64,000 bases of DNA, taken from NCBI RefSeq assembly GCF_001194135.2, contig NC_069004.1, positions 35,549,455 through 35,613,454 on the forward strand, read 5' to 3'. Source of the stretch: Octopus bimaculoides (taxonomy: Eukaryota). Shown here one piece after another: positions 1 through 27,880 of the stretch; the stretch's first letter is position 1; each line of letters begins with the position of its first letter. The notes under the pieces were generated by a model. That model searched no databases. It saw nothing but the letters and a program-made list of their open reading frames with translations, and was not told the DNA's origin. A program made the position numbers and the translations under genes.

Positions 1-1335
1 TAGTGGTGGAGGTGTGTGTGGCCTGTGGTTGCGTGGTAATAAACGTTGGGTTTCCTACCTGTGTTGTGGCGATTATAACTTTTTTGAAATTCGTTGTGAC
101 GGTACCTGAAGGTTACAACACTATCGCAGTGGAGATGTAGTTGCGAGCAGTGTGGCAGTGGTGCCTGTAAGTTTCAAACAGAGTAGAAGTGGTTCTTGCG
201 AGTTGCAGGTTAGGTAACGGTGGTGCTTGTGAGATCGAAGCAGTGGGGTAGCAATGTTCGTGGGTTCCAAACCGTCTGATGCAGCAGTTCGTGAGTTCAA
301 GTGGTGACAGCGTAACATGTCTGTGTGAATGACTTTGAAGACGTCAGGAAGAAAAAGGATCATATACAAACAAGTCCCTCGTTCGTCTGAGTTGGGTTTC
401 GAATCCGACACACGTCACAGGGGACTTGAAAGCGTTGGTGGGGCTCCAATAACGACGATGATTATAATGAATAAATAACAGGAATATAACAAAGAGATAT
501 CAGAAAGTGAGATCAGAGGGACAGATAAATTGATAGAGGGCAGTAAGGGCCCAGGTGGCCGGTCAGCCACTGACCGCAGTTCAGTTTGAACTTTAAACCC
601 CAACTTTTAATTGTTTCTCCCACAGAACCGAATGAAAGTAGAGAGTAATCTCAAAGGGGAGGTAACTCTAATGATTCGGATTATAACATGCCGGGGAGGG
701 GGGGGAAATCAATATATATATATATATATATTATATGTACAATTATTTATATGAATTCTATCTTATCGTCAGAGCCACTGCTGTGAGAAATAAATTTGTA
801 ATTAGAAACTCAGTAATTGCTAATTTTTTTAATTATTTGTCTGGCACTCCCAAGTCCGATAACTCTTGTAATGAAATTTCTCTCCTAAAAAGCACGTGCT
901 CTTTTCAAACATTTCCTCCGTTATATTTTAAAACCAGTTTCCGATTGTCTCTTATTGAATGCTTTTCGTTCTACCAATTTTCAGAGGAAAACCATAAAGA
1001 AATCTTTTCAGAATTGTCTGTTTTTTTTCTCCATAAATATATTCGTTGATTTCTTTTATAATTCTGTTTATATCTGAAATGAATGCATCATATGAAATGG
1101 CCCCTCGATGTCATACTGGAGAGGAGAACAGCTAAAGTCAATTCGGGGTCTCGCAAGGCATTTTGTCCGATCAGCCAAAGTAAAATGATGAATCAGGAAA
1201 TTGTTCGATCACGAATTCAGTGAAAGCTGAGTTGATATGGGTTCGTTTCGGCGGGGACTTTTGTTCGAAATATATTTCTCCTGCACCTTAAATGTAAATA
1301 ATAAAAAAAAAAAACAGAAAACATGGTTTTGGGAG

Positions 1336-1555
1336 TTATNNNNNNNNNNCTCTCGGCACAAGGCCGGAAATTTTGGGGGAGGGGGCCAGCCGATAAGATC
1401 GACTCCAGTACGCAACTGGTAATTAATTTATCGACTCCGAAAGGATGAAAGGCAAAGTAGACCGCGGCGGAATTTGAACGCAGAACGTAAAGACAGTCGA
1501 AATGCCGGTAAGCATTTCACCCGGCGTGCTAACGGTTCTGCCAGCTCACCGCCTT
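1336..1555 (-). mobile_element. tRNA-derived SINE family A (octopus OK/OR-type)
   Basis: Head GGCGGTGAGCTGGCAGAACCGTTAGCAC, B-box GTTCAAATTCC, body TTTCATCCTTTCGG.GTCGATAAA, tail GGCCTTGTGCC. Confidence 0.85.
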
Positions 1556-1639
1556 TCTTGGAGTTTCTTTTACGGCCGTCAGATGTTCATTATATGTAGA
1601 TGTTTTCTTTTCTTTTTTTTCTTTTGCCCTTGGTTTAGA

Positions 1640-1810
1640 CTACGAAAAAAGTAACCCAGAAACTACTAATTGACTTACACGATCAAATGAAGTCGTTTCT
1701 CAGCATTTTGAAGCCGAGAAAGCAGGATGACTTTTTTGTTTTTGTTTTTTTGTTAAGTTTAAAGAAATGGATGAAACGCCGATGCACTTTGATCACCATG
1801 GAAACTGCAT
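1640..1810 (+). mobile_element. pogo/Tigger-like transposase relic
   Basis: TTKKVTQKLLIDLHDQMKSFL followed by MDETPMHFD (1767-1793), resembling the pogo DDE first-Asp motif. Confidence 0.55.
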
Positions 1811-2444
1811 TTTACATTAAAAGAAGAGAGAATATTTTACATAAGAACCTCAGGACCTGAAAAAAAACTGACGCATTTTATTGTTGGACCCAGCTCAAAC
1901 CAATGATGGTGTTTTAGAGGGATAGATTACCAAAAGGAAAGTAAAGAATACGTACACCCGCTGGTTACGGTTTTTGTTACGCCGAAAACGGGTGGTGTAC
2001 GTATTCTTTACCTCTGCCAATATCCCCTGTTTGTTTGTTTCCAGTGCAACTTGATGGACGGAATTTAAATACTGCTCGCAGACACTTCAGTTATTCTCTG
2101 GTCATTGTGGAACCAACGCTTGTGCTGACTCGACCATTAACTTTAGAATTCACAAACTTGATCAATAGATTAGAATGTAAGTCGCTCATTCTTCCGAACT
2201 GATCGTTACCATTTATTTTGAAGTTGTAGATCTTGATATCAATCAGAAGATATTAAGAGGTTATCGCGCTGTGTATGAGAAATAAACTATAGAACCACAT
2301 GAGCGCCGTTTGTCAACTACAAAGTATTTTACGGTAAGATGGTGAACATCCTAAACAAGTAATCTTTAAGTATGCTAGCTATCAAATATTTCGAGATGGG
2401 TCTGGTATAATACTCAAATATGCATAGAGGTAAAGACCCCCCCA

Positions 2445-3075
2445 TCCCCCTTCGGTCACGAATGATCATGGGGTGCATCTAGAAAGTTTCCCGCCGAGGC
2501 ACAAATCCGGGCAGGGTTGTATTATGGAAGACCAGCAGTCACCCATGCATACCGGTCTTCCCTCCCCACGCCACTGCGGAAAGGCAAAGGGGACGATACA
2601 GCTTGGCACCAGTGACGTCGCAACTCATTTCTACAGCTCGGTTCGGGAATCTCGAACTCATTATGTCATGATTGAGCCTGATGCTCTAACCACTGAACCA
2701 CGCACCTTCAAATATACATACAAAACGCATAAACGTATAATACATACCCCAAAAATACATAAACATAAGCGATTCAACGAAAAAAAAAAAAAAGAAAATT
2801 TTTTTACGGAAATTGATGAACAAATCCTTTCACTTTCCCGAAAGATAACCATTATTAGTGTTGTTATTTGTTTCTTCTCGGGCCATGCCCGACTCACAAG
2901 GTCCTGTTTCATTGGCGTACAGGTTCCCCACTTGGATGGGACGCCGGTCCGTTGCAGGTGAACTGGAACGTGGAAAGAGTGAGAGAAAGTTGGGGCGAAA
3001 GAGTCAGCAGAAGTTCGCCATTATCTTCTGCCGGAGTCGCGTGGAGCTTAGATGTTTCGCTCATAAACACACACA
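2445..3075 (-). mobile_element. Two tRNA-derived SINE fragments (families C and D)
   Basis: 2445-2707 is similar to 34375-34622; 2860-3075 is similar to 41990-42285. Confidence 0.7.
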
Positions 3076-3771
3076 TCCCCACCGACCCCAGCCTAATCCA
3101 TTTCTTTCCTTCTGTCTCACACCCCCACACCCACCTCACGCCTCCTATTCAGAGTGAAACTCCGGCGGCATATAAACAGACCAGCCACCCACTTTATCGT
3201 AAAAGCAATTCCCACCCCAGGAGGCACGTGTTGACCTCCAAACGGTCACCGACTTGAGGCAACTGAAAACTACATCGAATTAACACGTGCAGCATTCTAT
3301 CTAGTAAGAAGTTGATATTGTAAGGAGGAGCTATTGATGTCCACCACCACCACCAATACATATTAAGACTCGAGTCATAAACCAGGGGTCGGGATCGTGA
3401 TCTTTTGTGGGGTTGTTGCCTAAAAGTTTTTTTTTTAAATACTCTATAAGGTGGGAATCGAAATTCATAGCAAATGGACCCATTTTTATGTATTCTTTGT
3501 TGTAGCAGAGCATCTGCATATGCCAAGGGTAATGGTTTGAAACTGCTGGAAATAAAATAACAATTTCATTATATTTAGTGTTGGCTCGGCTAGAAAGGGT
3601 GTTGCCTGGGCAACTAGGGAAACACCCCTGCATCCGCCACTGTAAACTGCCACGAATGATGTACTACGGGAACGAAATAGCATTGAATTGTAGCAGACGA
3701 TACAGAAAGAGATATTTGTACTCTGGTCCTATGTGTAAACTGTAAATTACTGCTAACTCATATTGTTTTCA

Positions 3772-3977
3772 AATTCTGGAACAAGGCCAGCAATTTCGGG
3801 GAGGGAGGCGGTCGATTACATCGACCCCAGTATGCAACTGGTAATTATTTTATCGACCCCAAAAAGACGAAAGGCAAAGTTGACCTCGGCGGAATTTGAA
3901 CTCAGAACGAAAAGACGGATGAAATGCCGCTCAGCATTTTCCTTGGCGTGCTAACGGTTCCGCCAGCTCACTGCCTT
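3772..3977 (-). mobile_element. SINE family A
   Basis: Similar to 1336-1555. Confidence 0.85.
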
Positions 3978-4559
3978 CAAACTGCTAACTCACATTGACC
4001 ACAAACAAACCAGGTACCTGGAATAAAGGACAGCTCTGGCCATTATTCCAGACATATTTCAAGAATAGGGCAACCACCGTCAACTTTTCAACCATTCATC
4101 TTAACCAGAAAATGGTAACAAGCCTCTCTGACATATTCGAGTCCTTTGAACATTTTACTTTACTTTTCTAACCCCCTACTCCGAACCTACTCCTAATCTA
4201 TTTCCCAGGATCTACTCCAGATATAACCTTGGCCTACATAATTCCCATTCAGTCCGTATTTAAATAATCATTTCCTCCTTTATTCATCGATTTGCCTTAT
4301 CATCCGCTTATCATCTATTTATCAGCAACTATCAATAAAAACACATTCACTGATTCTTTAATGCTGCTTCTCTCATTCAATTGATTCTATTCACTCCAGT
4401 TTGTCTATTCACTTATTCCTTTATTCCGTTATTTATCTTTGCTACTCTTCTTCCCCCTCTCCACCCCCGTTCAGACATTTATCAATGAATTTTCTTTTCT
4501 TTTCTACTCTAGGCACAAGGCCCGGAATTCTGGAGGAGGGTGGTGGGGCATTTCCTTCT

Positions 4560-4805
4560 TCACTGATCTTTAGCATTATATTTACATCCGTTGAGCAGTT
4601 GAGTTCCACAACTGTACATAGTTCCTCTTCTTTATCCCAAATCACTATGTCAAGTCTATTATGTTTACATATGAGGGACATTCCAGCAGCACGCTTTTTT
4701 ATACTATGAGTGGCTATGGCTTCTACCATACCGTGGGTTTCTTGATTTCTTTGGACTCAGGGTTATCCTGCCAATAGATTTCTTTATATAGTGTCTTAAG
4801 ATATA
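4560..4805 (-). mobile_element. R4/Dong-like non-LTR element, restriction-like endonuclease relic
   Basis: CKHNRLDIVIWDKEEELCTVVELNCSTDVNI matches the HNRPDIV..D PD-(D/E)xK region; frameshifted upstream WNVP. Confidence 0.65.
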
Positions 4806-4850
4806 CCGTGATGATATATATAGCATATAGGCATGGTAGCTTCTGTGCCC

Positions 4851-4894
<44 letters not shown>

Positions 4895-5530
4895 ATACAC
4901 ATATATGTGTGTGTGTATGTGCGTGTGTATGTGTATGCGTGTACGCGCGCGTATATTTGTGTGTGTGTGTGAGATTTTAGCGTCTTTCGTTTTGTCCAAA
5001 GTAAAACTTTTTTCCTGGTTTTGTGATTATGACGTCATAATGGCGATAACGTTTCTCAGAGATTTTCGTTTCAAAACTCTTCAGTCTCTTTCAACCTTTC
5101 GCGGTGATTAGAGGCTAGGGAATGTGTGCGTCAGGGGACGTACCCAGACACCTGAGGACTAGAGTGAAGTGGCAGTCATCTTCACCTTGTTTTTGGTGTT
5201 TGTGGGGATACTTTATGCCCCTTTAAGTTCTTAAACACCCGGTGTAACATGCTGGTTGGTAGCATAACATAGTTACAAGGTGTACGGTAGTGTCACTGTA
5301 ACCGTATGAACTTTTAGCCAGGCGATTCCAGTACAGGAAACCTGGGGGGGCCCAACCAGAAGTATTCCTCACTCTCCATACATTTCCGCAGAATAATTTA
5401 TCCTAAATAATTCTGTGACAGTAAAAGAGAAATAACAATAACGTTAAATAACAAACAAAATGATAAACGCGAAACGATTATCATTTAATAAATAATTCAT
5501 GCGTATATCAACAGAATATAATTATAAATA

Positions 5531-5893
5531 TGGTGAGTATTTTAATAAGAGTTTAGTTTGTTACTTTCAAAATGTTTGAGCATCTTTTCAATTTATTCTT
5601 CATTTGATGAACGTGGTGAGTATTTTAATAAAAAAAAAATGCCTTGCTTTAAATTGTCTCAACATTTCAAATAATTTTTGTAATAAAGCAACATTTATTC
5701 TTCATTCGATGAACATTGAGAGTATTTTAATAAAAAATGTTTTTTGCTCAAAATGTCTGGTCATTCGATGTTCGACACCCTGCAACAGAATGGTGAGTAT
5801 TTTAATAAAAATAAGTTTTGCTGTTAAACGTTTGAGCTTTTTTAACAAGTTTTTTGGATACCAAAATATTTATTCTTCATTCGATGTTCGATA
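5531..5893 (+). repeat. Degenerate tandem array, 75-105-bp units
   Basis: GGTGAGTATTTTAATAA at 5532, 5615, 5792 (variant at 5718); ATTTATTCTTCATT.GATG at 5591, 5693, 5868. Confidence 0.7.
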
Positions 5894-6037
5894 TACTGCA
5901 TACATCACTATTTTTATAACACGACAGGAAGCTTTTGGTTTCAAGTGTATAATGTGCCTGGGCCTGTGTGTGCGTGTGTGTCTGTGTGTTTATGTTGCAG
6001 TCTATGTCTGTCAGTCTCCATCACTCATTTTCTCTCA

Positions 6038-6069
<32 letters not shown>

Positions 6070-6284
6070 GATTTCCTATTTGAATCTGTCATCGACACCT
6101 TCAGACACGCATTTTATTTCTCTTTTTCTATCTATCTATCTAGCTAGCTAGCTAGATAGATAGCTATCTGTCTTGTCTGTCTGTTTGCTTGTCTATCTAC
6201 TTCCCTATTTCTGTCTGTTTATGTATGTATGTATGTATGTATGTATGTGCGTGTGTGTGCGTGCGTGCATGTGTGTATAGACGT

Positions 6285-7095
6285 TTGGGTGGGATAATAC
6301 CTCTGATGAGGGACCATCTGCTGCTCTTTGGATAGTTCGTCCGCTTTGGTCCTCACCTGACACCTAGCTCCCTTCTGTGGCTCTTCGAAACTGTGTGCAT
6401 ACAACAGCAGCCACACCCCGTGCGACGGCTTCCACAGGCCGGCTAAACCATGGTGAGGATAGACGACGGCTTTCAACCCTCGGTGATGCATGTGAGAACT
6501 GGACCCGGTGGACTACGCAGAGAAAAGCACAAGATAGATTCAGCGTGCAGGAAGGCGGACCAGCAAGCGTTGCGGGGGTGGGGAGCAGGGTACGGCGAAA
6601 CACAAAGGAAGCTTCGGCTATCCATTGCATCCCAACTTATCTCTAGTCGTCTTGACTTCGTTGAAATCCTGGAGCGATAAGCAAATGACAAAGCAGCAGG
6701 TATGGATGCACAGGAAGCTGTAATCATAGACTGCACCCAGGCGGACAAGGACATAGGGTTGCTCCCTGTTACTGAAGCAGCAGTGGAGTTCGGCATTCTC
6801 ATGGATGTCTGGGGATTTCCCCTCTCTAGGATTGTTCTGCGCATCTCCATGGCCTGAGGAAGGGGCTAGAAAAGGTGCCCTAATCATGGACCTCTTCATC
6901 TCACCCTGGCCTGCATCCTGCGCCAAGCGGAGGTCGCAACCATGTGGTCGAAATAGAAAGACGAAACTGGTGACATCACTCACCATTGGCGCATGGAATG
7001 TGCGAAAAACTCTTGCACAGCTCCTAAGCAAACAGACCTGTGAGACGGACAGCGCTTGCTGCAAGAGAACTCGGCAGGACCTGAAATGTTGAGGG
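6285..7095 (+). mobile_element. RTE/BovB-like LINE, 5' UTR and start of AP endonuclease
   Basis: LTIGAWNVR then, frameshifted, NRPVRRTALAARELGR, the usual BovB-type ORF start; GC-richer 5' UTR; rest of the element absent. Confidence 0.7.
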
Positions 7096-7099
7096 GGGA

Positions 7100-7274
7100 G
7101 GGACTAGTCGATGGCATCGACCCCAATGTTTCTCTAGTACTTAATTTATCGACCCCGAAAGGATGAAAAGCAAAATCGACCTTGGCAGAATTTGAACTCA
7201 GAACGTAGCGACAGACGAAGTGCTGTTATGCATTTTACCCAGCGTGTTAACGATTTTGCCAGCTCGCCGCCTTA
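7100..7274 (-). mobile_element. SINE family A
   Basis: Similar to 1336-1555. Confidence 0.85.
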
Positions 7275-7759
7275 CCGGACGATTTACGCACCCACAACTT
7301 AATGGTTCAGTATAAATTGACTAAGAATTTACAAGATACATTTTAGTGGTACTTCGTAGGAATGGTAACTAAGTTTCGTTCAAGGGGGAATTACTCCGGC
7401 TCTCCCAGAAATCGTTTTCGCTTTGTTAGCCTTTCACGGTTTTCGTTTATTTTTGTTTTTCTTAACTATCAAGCTGAGCAAAATAGTATTTTTACCTCCA
7501 TTTTTTTAGCTTTATTTGTGTCTCCAGCCAGCAGGTCCGATGAGTCGCTCATATTGTCAAGTGCAATAATAGACGTGAAGCCAATGGTCATTTTCTGACC
7601 GGCCATAACTAACTAGCGACTTACATAAGATATTTCTGTCCAAAAACAGACAGCTGACCGATTCTTCACGCTCCCCAGTCGCAGAGTGTACAGTAATAGG
7701 CCATCACGTGGTTTCTGTTTTATGGCTGCGCCACCGGTTGTGCGCATATACATAGTCAC

Positions 7760-7985
7760 AACAGAATCTCTTACGGACATGGAGTCATGCGATCTTGGTT
7801 ACTCAATATACCCATGCCATCAAACGAACTCTACACGAGGATTGCACGCGGATGCTACTCGAGAAAATCATTGACCTAATAAGGCACATGAGATGGAAGG
7901 CATACTTGAATGACCAAGCTACATTGCTCCCAGAGGTCAACAGTTACAACATCAGATCCAGAAGTTCCCCACCCAGAAAGTGATA
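7760..7985 (+). mobile_element. Penelope-like element, ORF N-terminal relic
   Basis: DLGYS...(frameshift) RMLLEKIIDLIRHMRWKAYL...SYNIRSRSSPP, resembling invertebrate PLE N-termini (GYS.KNIP...EK...IKRMRWKA...YG.KS...PP). Confidence 0.6.
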
Positions 7986-7989
7986 TCTT

Positions 7990-8393
7990 TTGCCATTTAC
8001 TTGTTTCAGACATTGGACTGTGGCCATGTTGGGGCACCACCTTGAAGAAGATTTTTGGCGAACGAATCGACCCCAGCACATTTTTTTTTTCTTTTTAAGC
8101 CTGGTACTTATTCTATCGGTTTCCTTTGCCGAACTGCTAAGTTACGGAGACGTAAACACACCAACACGGGTTGTGAGCAGTGGCGGCGGTGGAGCAATCA
8201 GGCACAAAGACATCTCCCCATTTATATATACAATGAGCTTCTTTCAGTTTCCATTTACCAAACACACTCGCAACGTTTTGGTCGGCCTGAGGCTACAGTA
8301 GAAGACACTTGTTCCAGGTAGCACAGAGTGGGACTGAACTCTGAACCATGTGGTTGGGAAGCGAACTGCTCACCACATAGCCACACCTGCGCC
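7990..8393 (-). mobile_element. tRNA-derived SINE family B
   Basis: Head GCGCAGGTGTGGCT.TGTGG, GTTCAGTCCCACT, body GGAAACTGAAAGAAGC, tail CCAGCATGGCC.CAGTC...TGAAACAAGTAAA. Confidence 0.85.
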
Positions 8394-8426
8394 TATCTAA
8401 AGCTAGTTTCTTTTTCTTTCTTTCTT

Positions 8427-8468
<42 letters not shown>

Positions 8469-9430
8469 CAGCCGAGATGAAATGGAATTATTTAGTAAAA
8501 GATAATTATGACCTAACTAAAATGGTATACATTTTATTGACGTCCACATGTATGAAAGATAAAAATCGAGACCGACTGGATTCGAACTCAAAAAGGAAGC
8601 TGCAAATTCCGTTGCTAAATTACACAGTATTGCTTTAACACCATCTCTTAATATGGAATATAACTCTTTGCTGATAAACAGCCTGGTCTCATGCCAATAA
8701 GGGCGCTTGTAAGTGGTCACTCGATTTGCTAAAAGCAACAGCCAAATTGCCCTTTGAATTACACCCTACTAATTTTGGATAATTTAGTCCATGATACACT
8801 ATCGGGGAAAGGAAAATTACGAGATGGTGGCATACCCATACAAGAACCCCACCACCGACTTTGTTTCCTCATAACTTATAGAATAATGGATAAGTTTTTA
8901 TTAAAAATTTCCACAAATACTTTTCAGATGGTGTAGATTACAGGTACAATAGAATTGAAAGAATTACAAGTATAATAGAATTTAAAATGGAACCCCCCCC
9001 CCAAAAAAAAAACCCAATTGCTTGAGGCGCACACGTACACACTGGTACACATCACATTTTTCTTCAAAACGAAACTTGAAATTTTGAAAAATTATGTCCT
9101 CCGATTATTTGTTTTATTTTAATTTAATTTTATTTCATTTCTTCGCATTAAATTCCGTTATAATCGTATTCTACATTATCTGAAAGATATCTATGGAGAA
9201 AAAAAAAATAGCCATTTATCTGAAAGTTATGAGGAAACAAAATCGGTGGAGCGAGCCACCATTGTATAGGTATGCTCGTGATGGTCACAAGTGGAACGTC
9301 TTCGGTCATTAGTCTACGCGATCGGGGCTGACCTGAGGCTAAACAACAACAACAAAAATAACCACCGCCACCACCACTACGACGACGACCAGGAACAACG
9401 CAGTTTCATAACAAATGTCACGGCGCCTTC

Positions 9431-9480
9431 CTTAGACGTCATCACCTCCTCCTTAGCCTCGCCGGCGCATGCTCAGTGGC
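9431..9480 (+). promoter_or_regulatory. Putative GCDH core promoter (CRE-like GACGTCA, NRF1-like GCGCATGCTCA, Inr-like TCAGT)
   Basis: GACGTCA 9436-9442, GCGCATGCTCA 9465-9475, TCAGT 9473-9477, in a locally CpG-rich patch 60 nt before the ATG. Confidence 0.45.
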
Positions 9481-9535
9481 TGCAACTGTTGTTAATTGCC
9501 TTTTTCTTCTACTTCTCTTCAGAGGCTTTGAATCA

Positions 9536-25864
<16,329 letters not shown>

Positions 25865-25990
25865 ACCACACCCTTAGATGACCACCGCTGCTGATATCAC
25901 TGTGGGACAATGAAACACAATTTGTTTGCATTCTATCTAATCTGTTGTATTTAGTGCACAGAGAAAGAAACCAAAAACAGAAAAAGAAAT

Positions 25991-25996
25991 AATAAA
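25991..25996 (+). terminator. Candidate GCDH polyadenylation signal
   Basis: AATAAA about 127 nt after the stop codon; use not proven. Confidence 0.4.
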
Positions 25997-26120
25997 GAGA
26001 CAAAAGTCTTCATAGTTACATTATTTTTGTAGCCGAGAGCACTTTTAATTTATATATAAATGTCCTATATTGTGTGTGTGTGTGTGTCTATATATTTGAG
26101 TTTGCACATATGTATATATG

Positions 26121-26161
<41 letters not shown>

Positions 26162-26166
<5 letters not shown>

Positions 26167-26558
26167 GTCATCCCATAAATAATGCAGTTTTTTTATACTT
26201 CTGTTATTTTTCAAAATTAAGATAAAGTTCTTTCTTAATCTAAAATATGCTCTCCTTCATTTTCTGCAATCCCCATTTACTGCATTAATATTCCTTGCAC
26301 TTTCGGTTGCGTTGTTGCCTTTATTGAACTCATAAAGCAAAATATGCCGAATATACTCCTTTGTCACTTCCATTATAGCTCTGTAAGAATAACTGTTAAA
26401 ATCGAACTGCACTCTTCAAAACTTGCACTAAGAATAAGGACAAGGTAAAATTACTATCTGATTTTATAGGAAGTTGATGCAGGTAGTTTATCCTGTCCCC
26501 TTCCGACTTTTAGTTAATGCAATTAAAAAAACCACATTATTTATGGGATGACCAAATA
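26162..26558. mobile_element. Mariner-type MITE in (TA)n
   Basis: TIRs TTGGGTCATCCCATAAATAATG / CATTATTTATGGGATGACCAAA; TA flanks; extra right-end copy at 26571-26594. Confidence 0.8.
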
Positions 26559-26903
26559 TATATATATATATATTATTTATGGGATGACCCTATATTCAAA
26601 GTAGATCACTTTCTTGCCTTATATTTTTTGGTTTCATTTTGAAACTAGACATGGTCGTTAATTGTCTGTTTTTCCATGCTGTCATGGTTTGGATGGGAAC
26701 TGACTTTGAGGCAGGTTATTATAGCTGGATGCTGTTCCTGTCACCAACCATCCTCTGTTTTCCAAGCAAAGGATCCTTACATTCCACACATTATCAAGAG
26801 TGCAGAGCAGCCAATAGTGATGCCAACTTAAAATGTGAACATCTCCATTGTTTCGCTCAGACCAGCGAAATCAAAATATCAACATTCAGACACATCTGTG
26901 CAT

Positions 26904-26938
<35 letters not shown>

Positions 26939-27477
26939 TGCATGTGATGAACCTACTACAGTTTCTGTTAGCCAAATCCACTCACAAAGTTTGATGAGCC
27001 CAAAGCTGTAATAGAAGACACTTGCCTAAAGTACTGTGTTGTGGGACTGAACCCCAAAACCATGTGATTGCAAAGAACTTCCTTACCACTTGTGTGTATG
27101 TGTGTGTGTATAATTCAGCAATTCACTTCATGAATATGTGGTTTCAAGATCAATCCCACTGCATTTTATCTTAGGCAAGTATCTTTTCCCATAGCCTTAG
27201 GCCAATCAATGCTTTGTTAGTGAAATTTGACAGAATACTTACAAAAGTCCATTGCGTGTGTGTCTTTCCATTGATAAATACTCGGCTAGTGCTGACACCG
27301 TTTATGTCCCTTATAAAAAGATGCCCAGCAGTTTAGTAATTCAACCTATGAAGTTGTGAAATATTCCATGTTTCTTATAAACAAGTAAGAGTTGGTGTTA
27401 GGAAAGACATGTTCCCCCAAGAAATCTGCCTAGAAATATGTGGACATAACATACACATACACCTACATATATAAGTA

Positions 27478-27880
27478 CAGGTGTGGCTGTGTGGTTGAGA
27501 AGCTTGCTTCCCAACCACATGGTTCTGGGTTCAGTCCCCTTGTGTGGTACCTTGAGTGAGTGTCTTTTTCTATAGCCCCAGGCTGATCAAAGCCTTGTGA
27601 GTGAATCTGGCTGATGAAAACTGAAAGAAGCCCATCATATACAGATGTGTCTCTTTGTCCTGACATTGTGTAATAGTTAGAAATGAATGTCACTGTTGTA
27701 CAAGTTGTGCCATTCATTTCCAATATTCTACAAAAACATGTCTAACCAGAGGGAAAAGGTTATTTTGCTTAGAAACAGAGGAGGGTTGAGATCTAACTGT
27801 AGAAGAACCTGCCTTGATAAACTTTGTGTGACCCATGTGAGCATGGAAAAGTGAGCAATTTGTTGCCGTTCCTTGTCATC
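27478..27880 (+). mobile_element. SINE with family B head and a different, RTE-like tail
   Basis: Family B head, then CCATGTGAGCATGGAAAAG end. Confidence 0.7.

Noticed and set aside
121-411. 96-aa minus-strand ORF, possibly a retroelement N-terminus
   Set aside because: No motif I can recognise with confidence and no splice context.
3340-3642. CAGTGGCGGATGCAGG end (minus strand) typical of some MITEs
   Set aside because: No partner TIR or target-site duplication was found.
5041-5100. Minus-strand CTGAAGA...GAAACGTT, possibly another hammerhead relic
   Set aside because: Stem II closure and stem I do not form; too degenerate to support.
5531-5893. CRISPR-like repeat-spacer appearance
   Set aside because: Eukaryotic context, degenerate repeats, unequal and mutually similar spacers, and no cas genes.
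6303-6360. CTGATGAG followed by a stem, resembling a hammerhead
   Set aside because: No GAAA follows the stem; other CTGA.GA hits (42912, 56970, 61662 reverse) fail in the same way.
9476-9535. GTG-started N-terminal extension of GCDH suggested by the ORF track
   Set aside because: The ATG at 9536 gives a normal presequence; the upstream part is probably 5' UTR.
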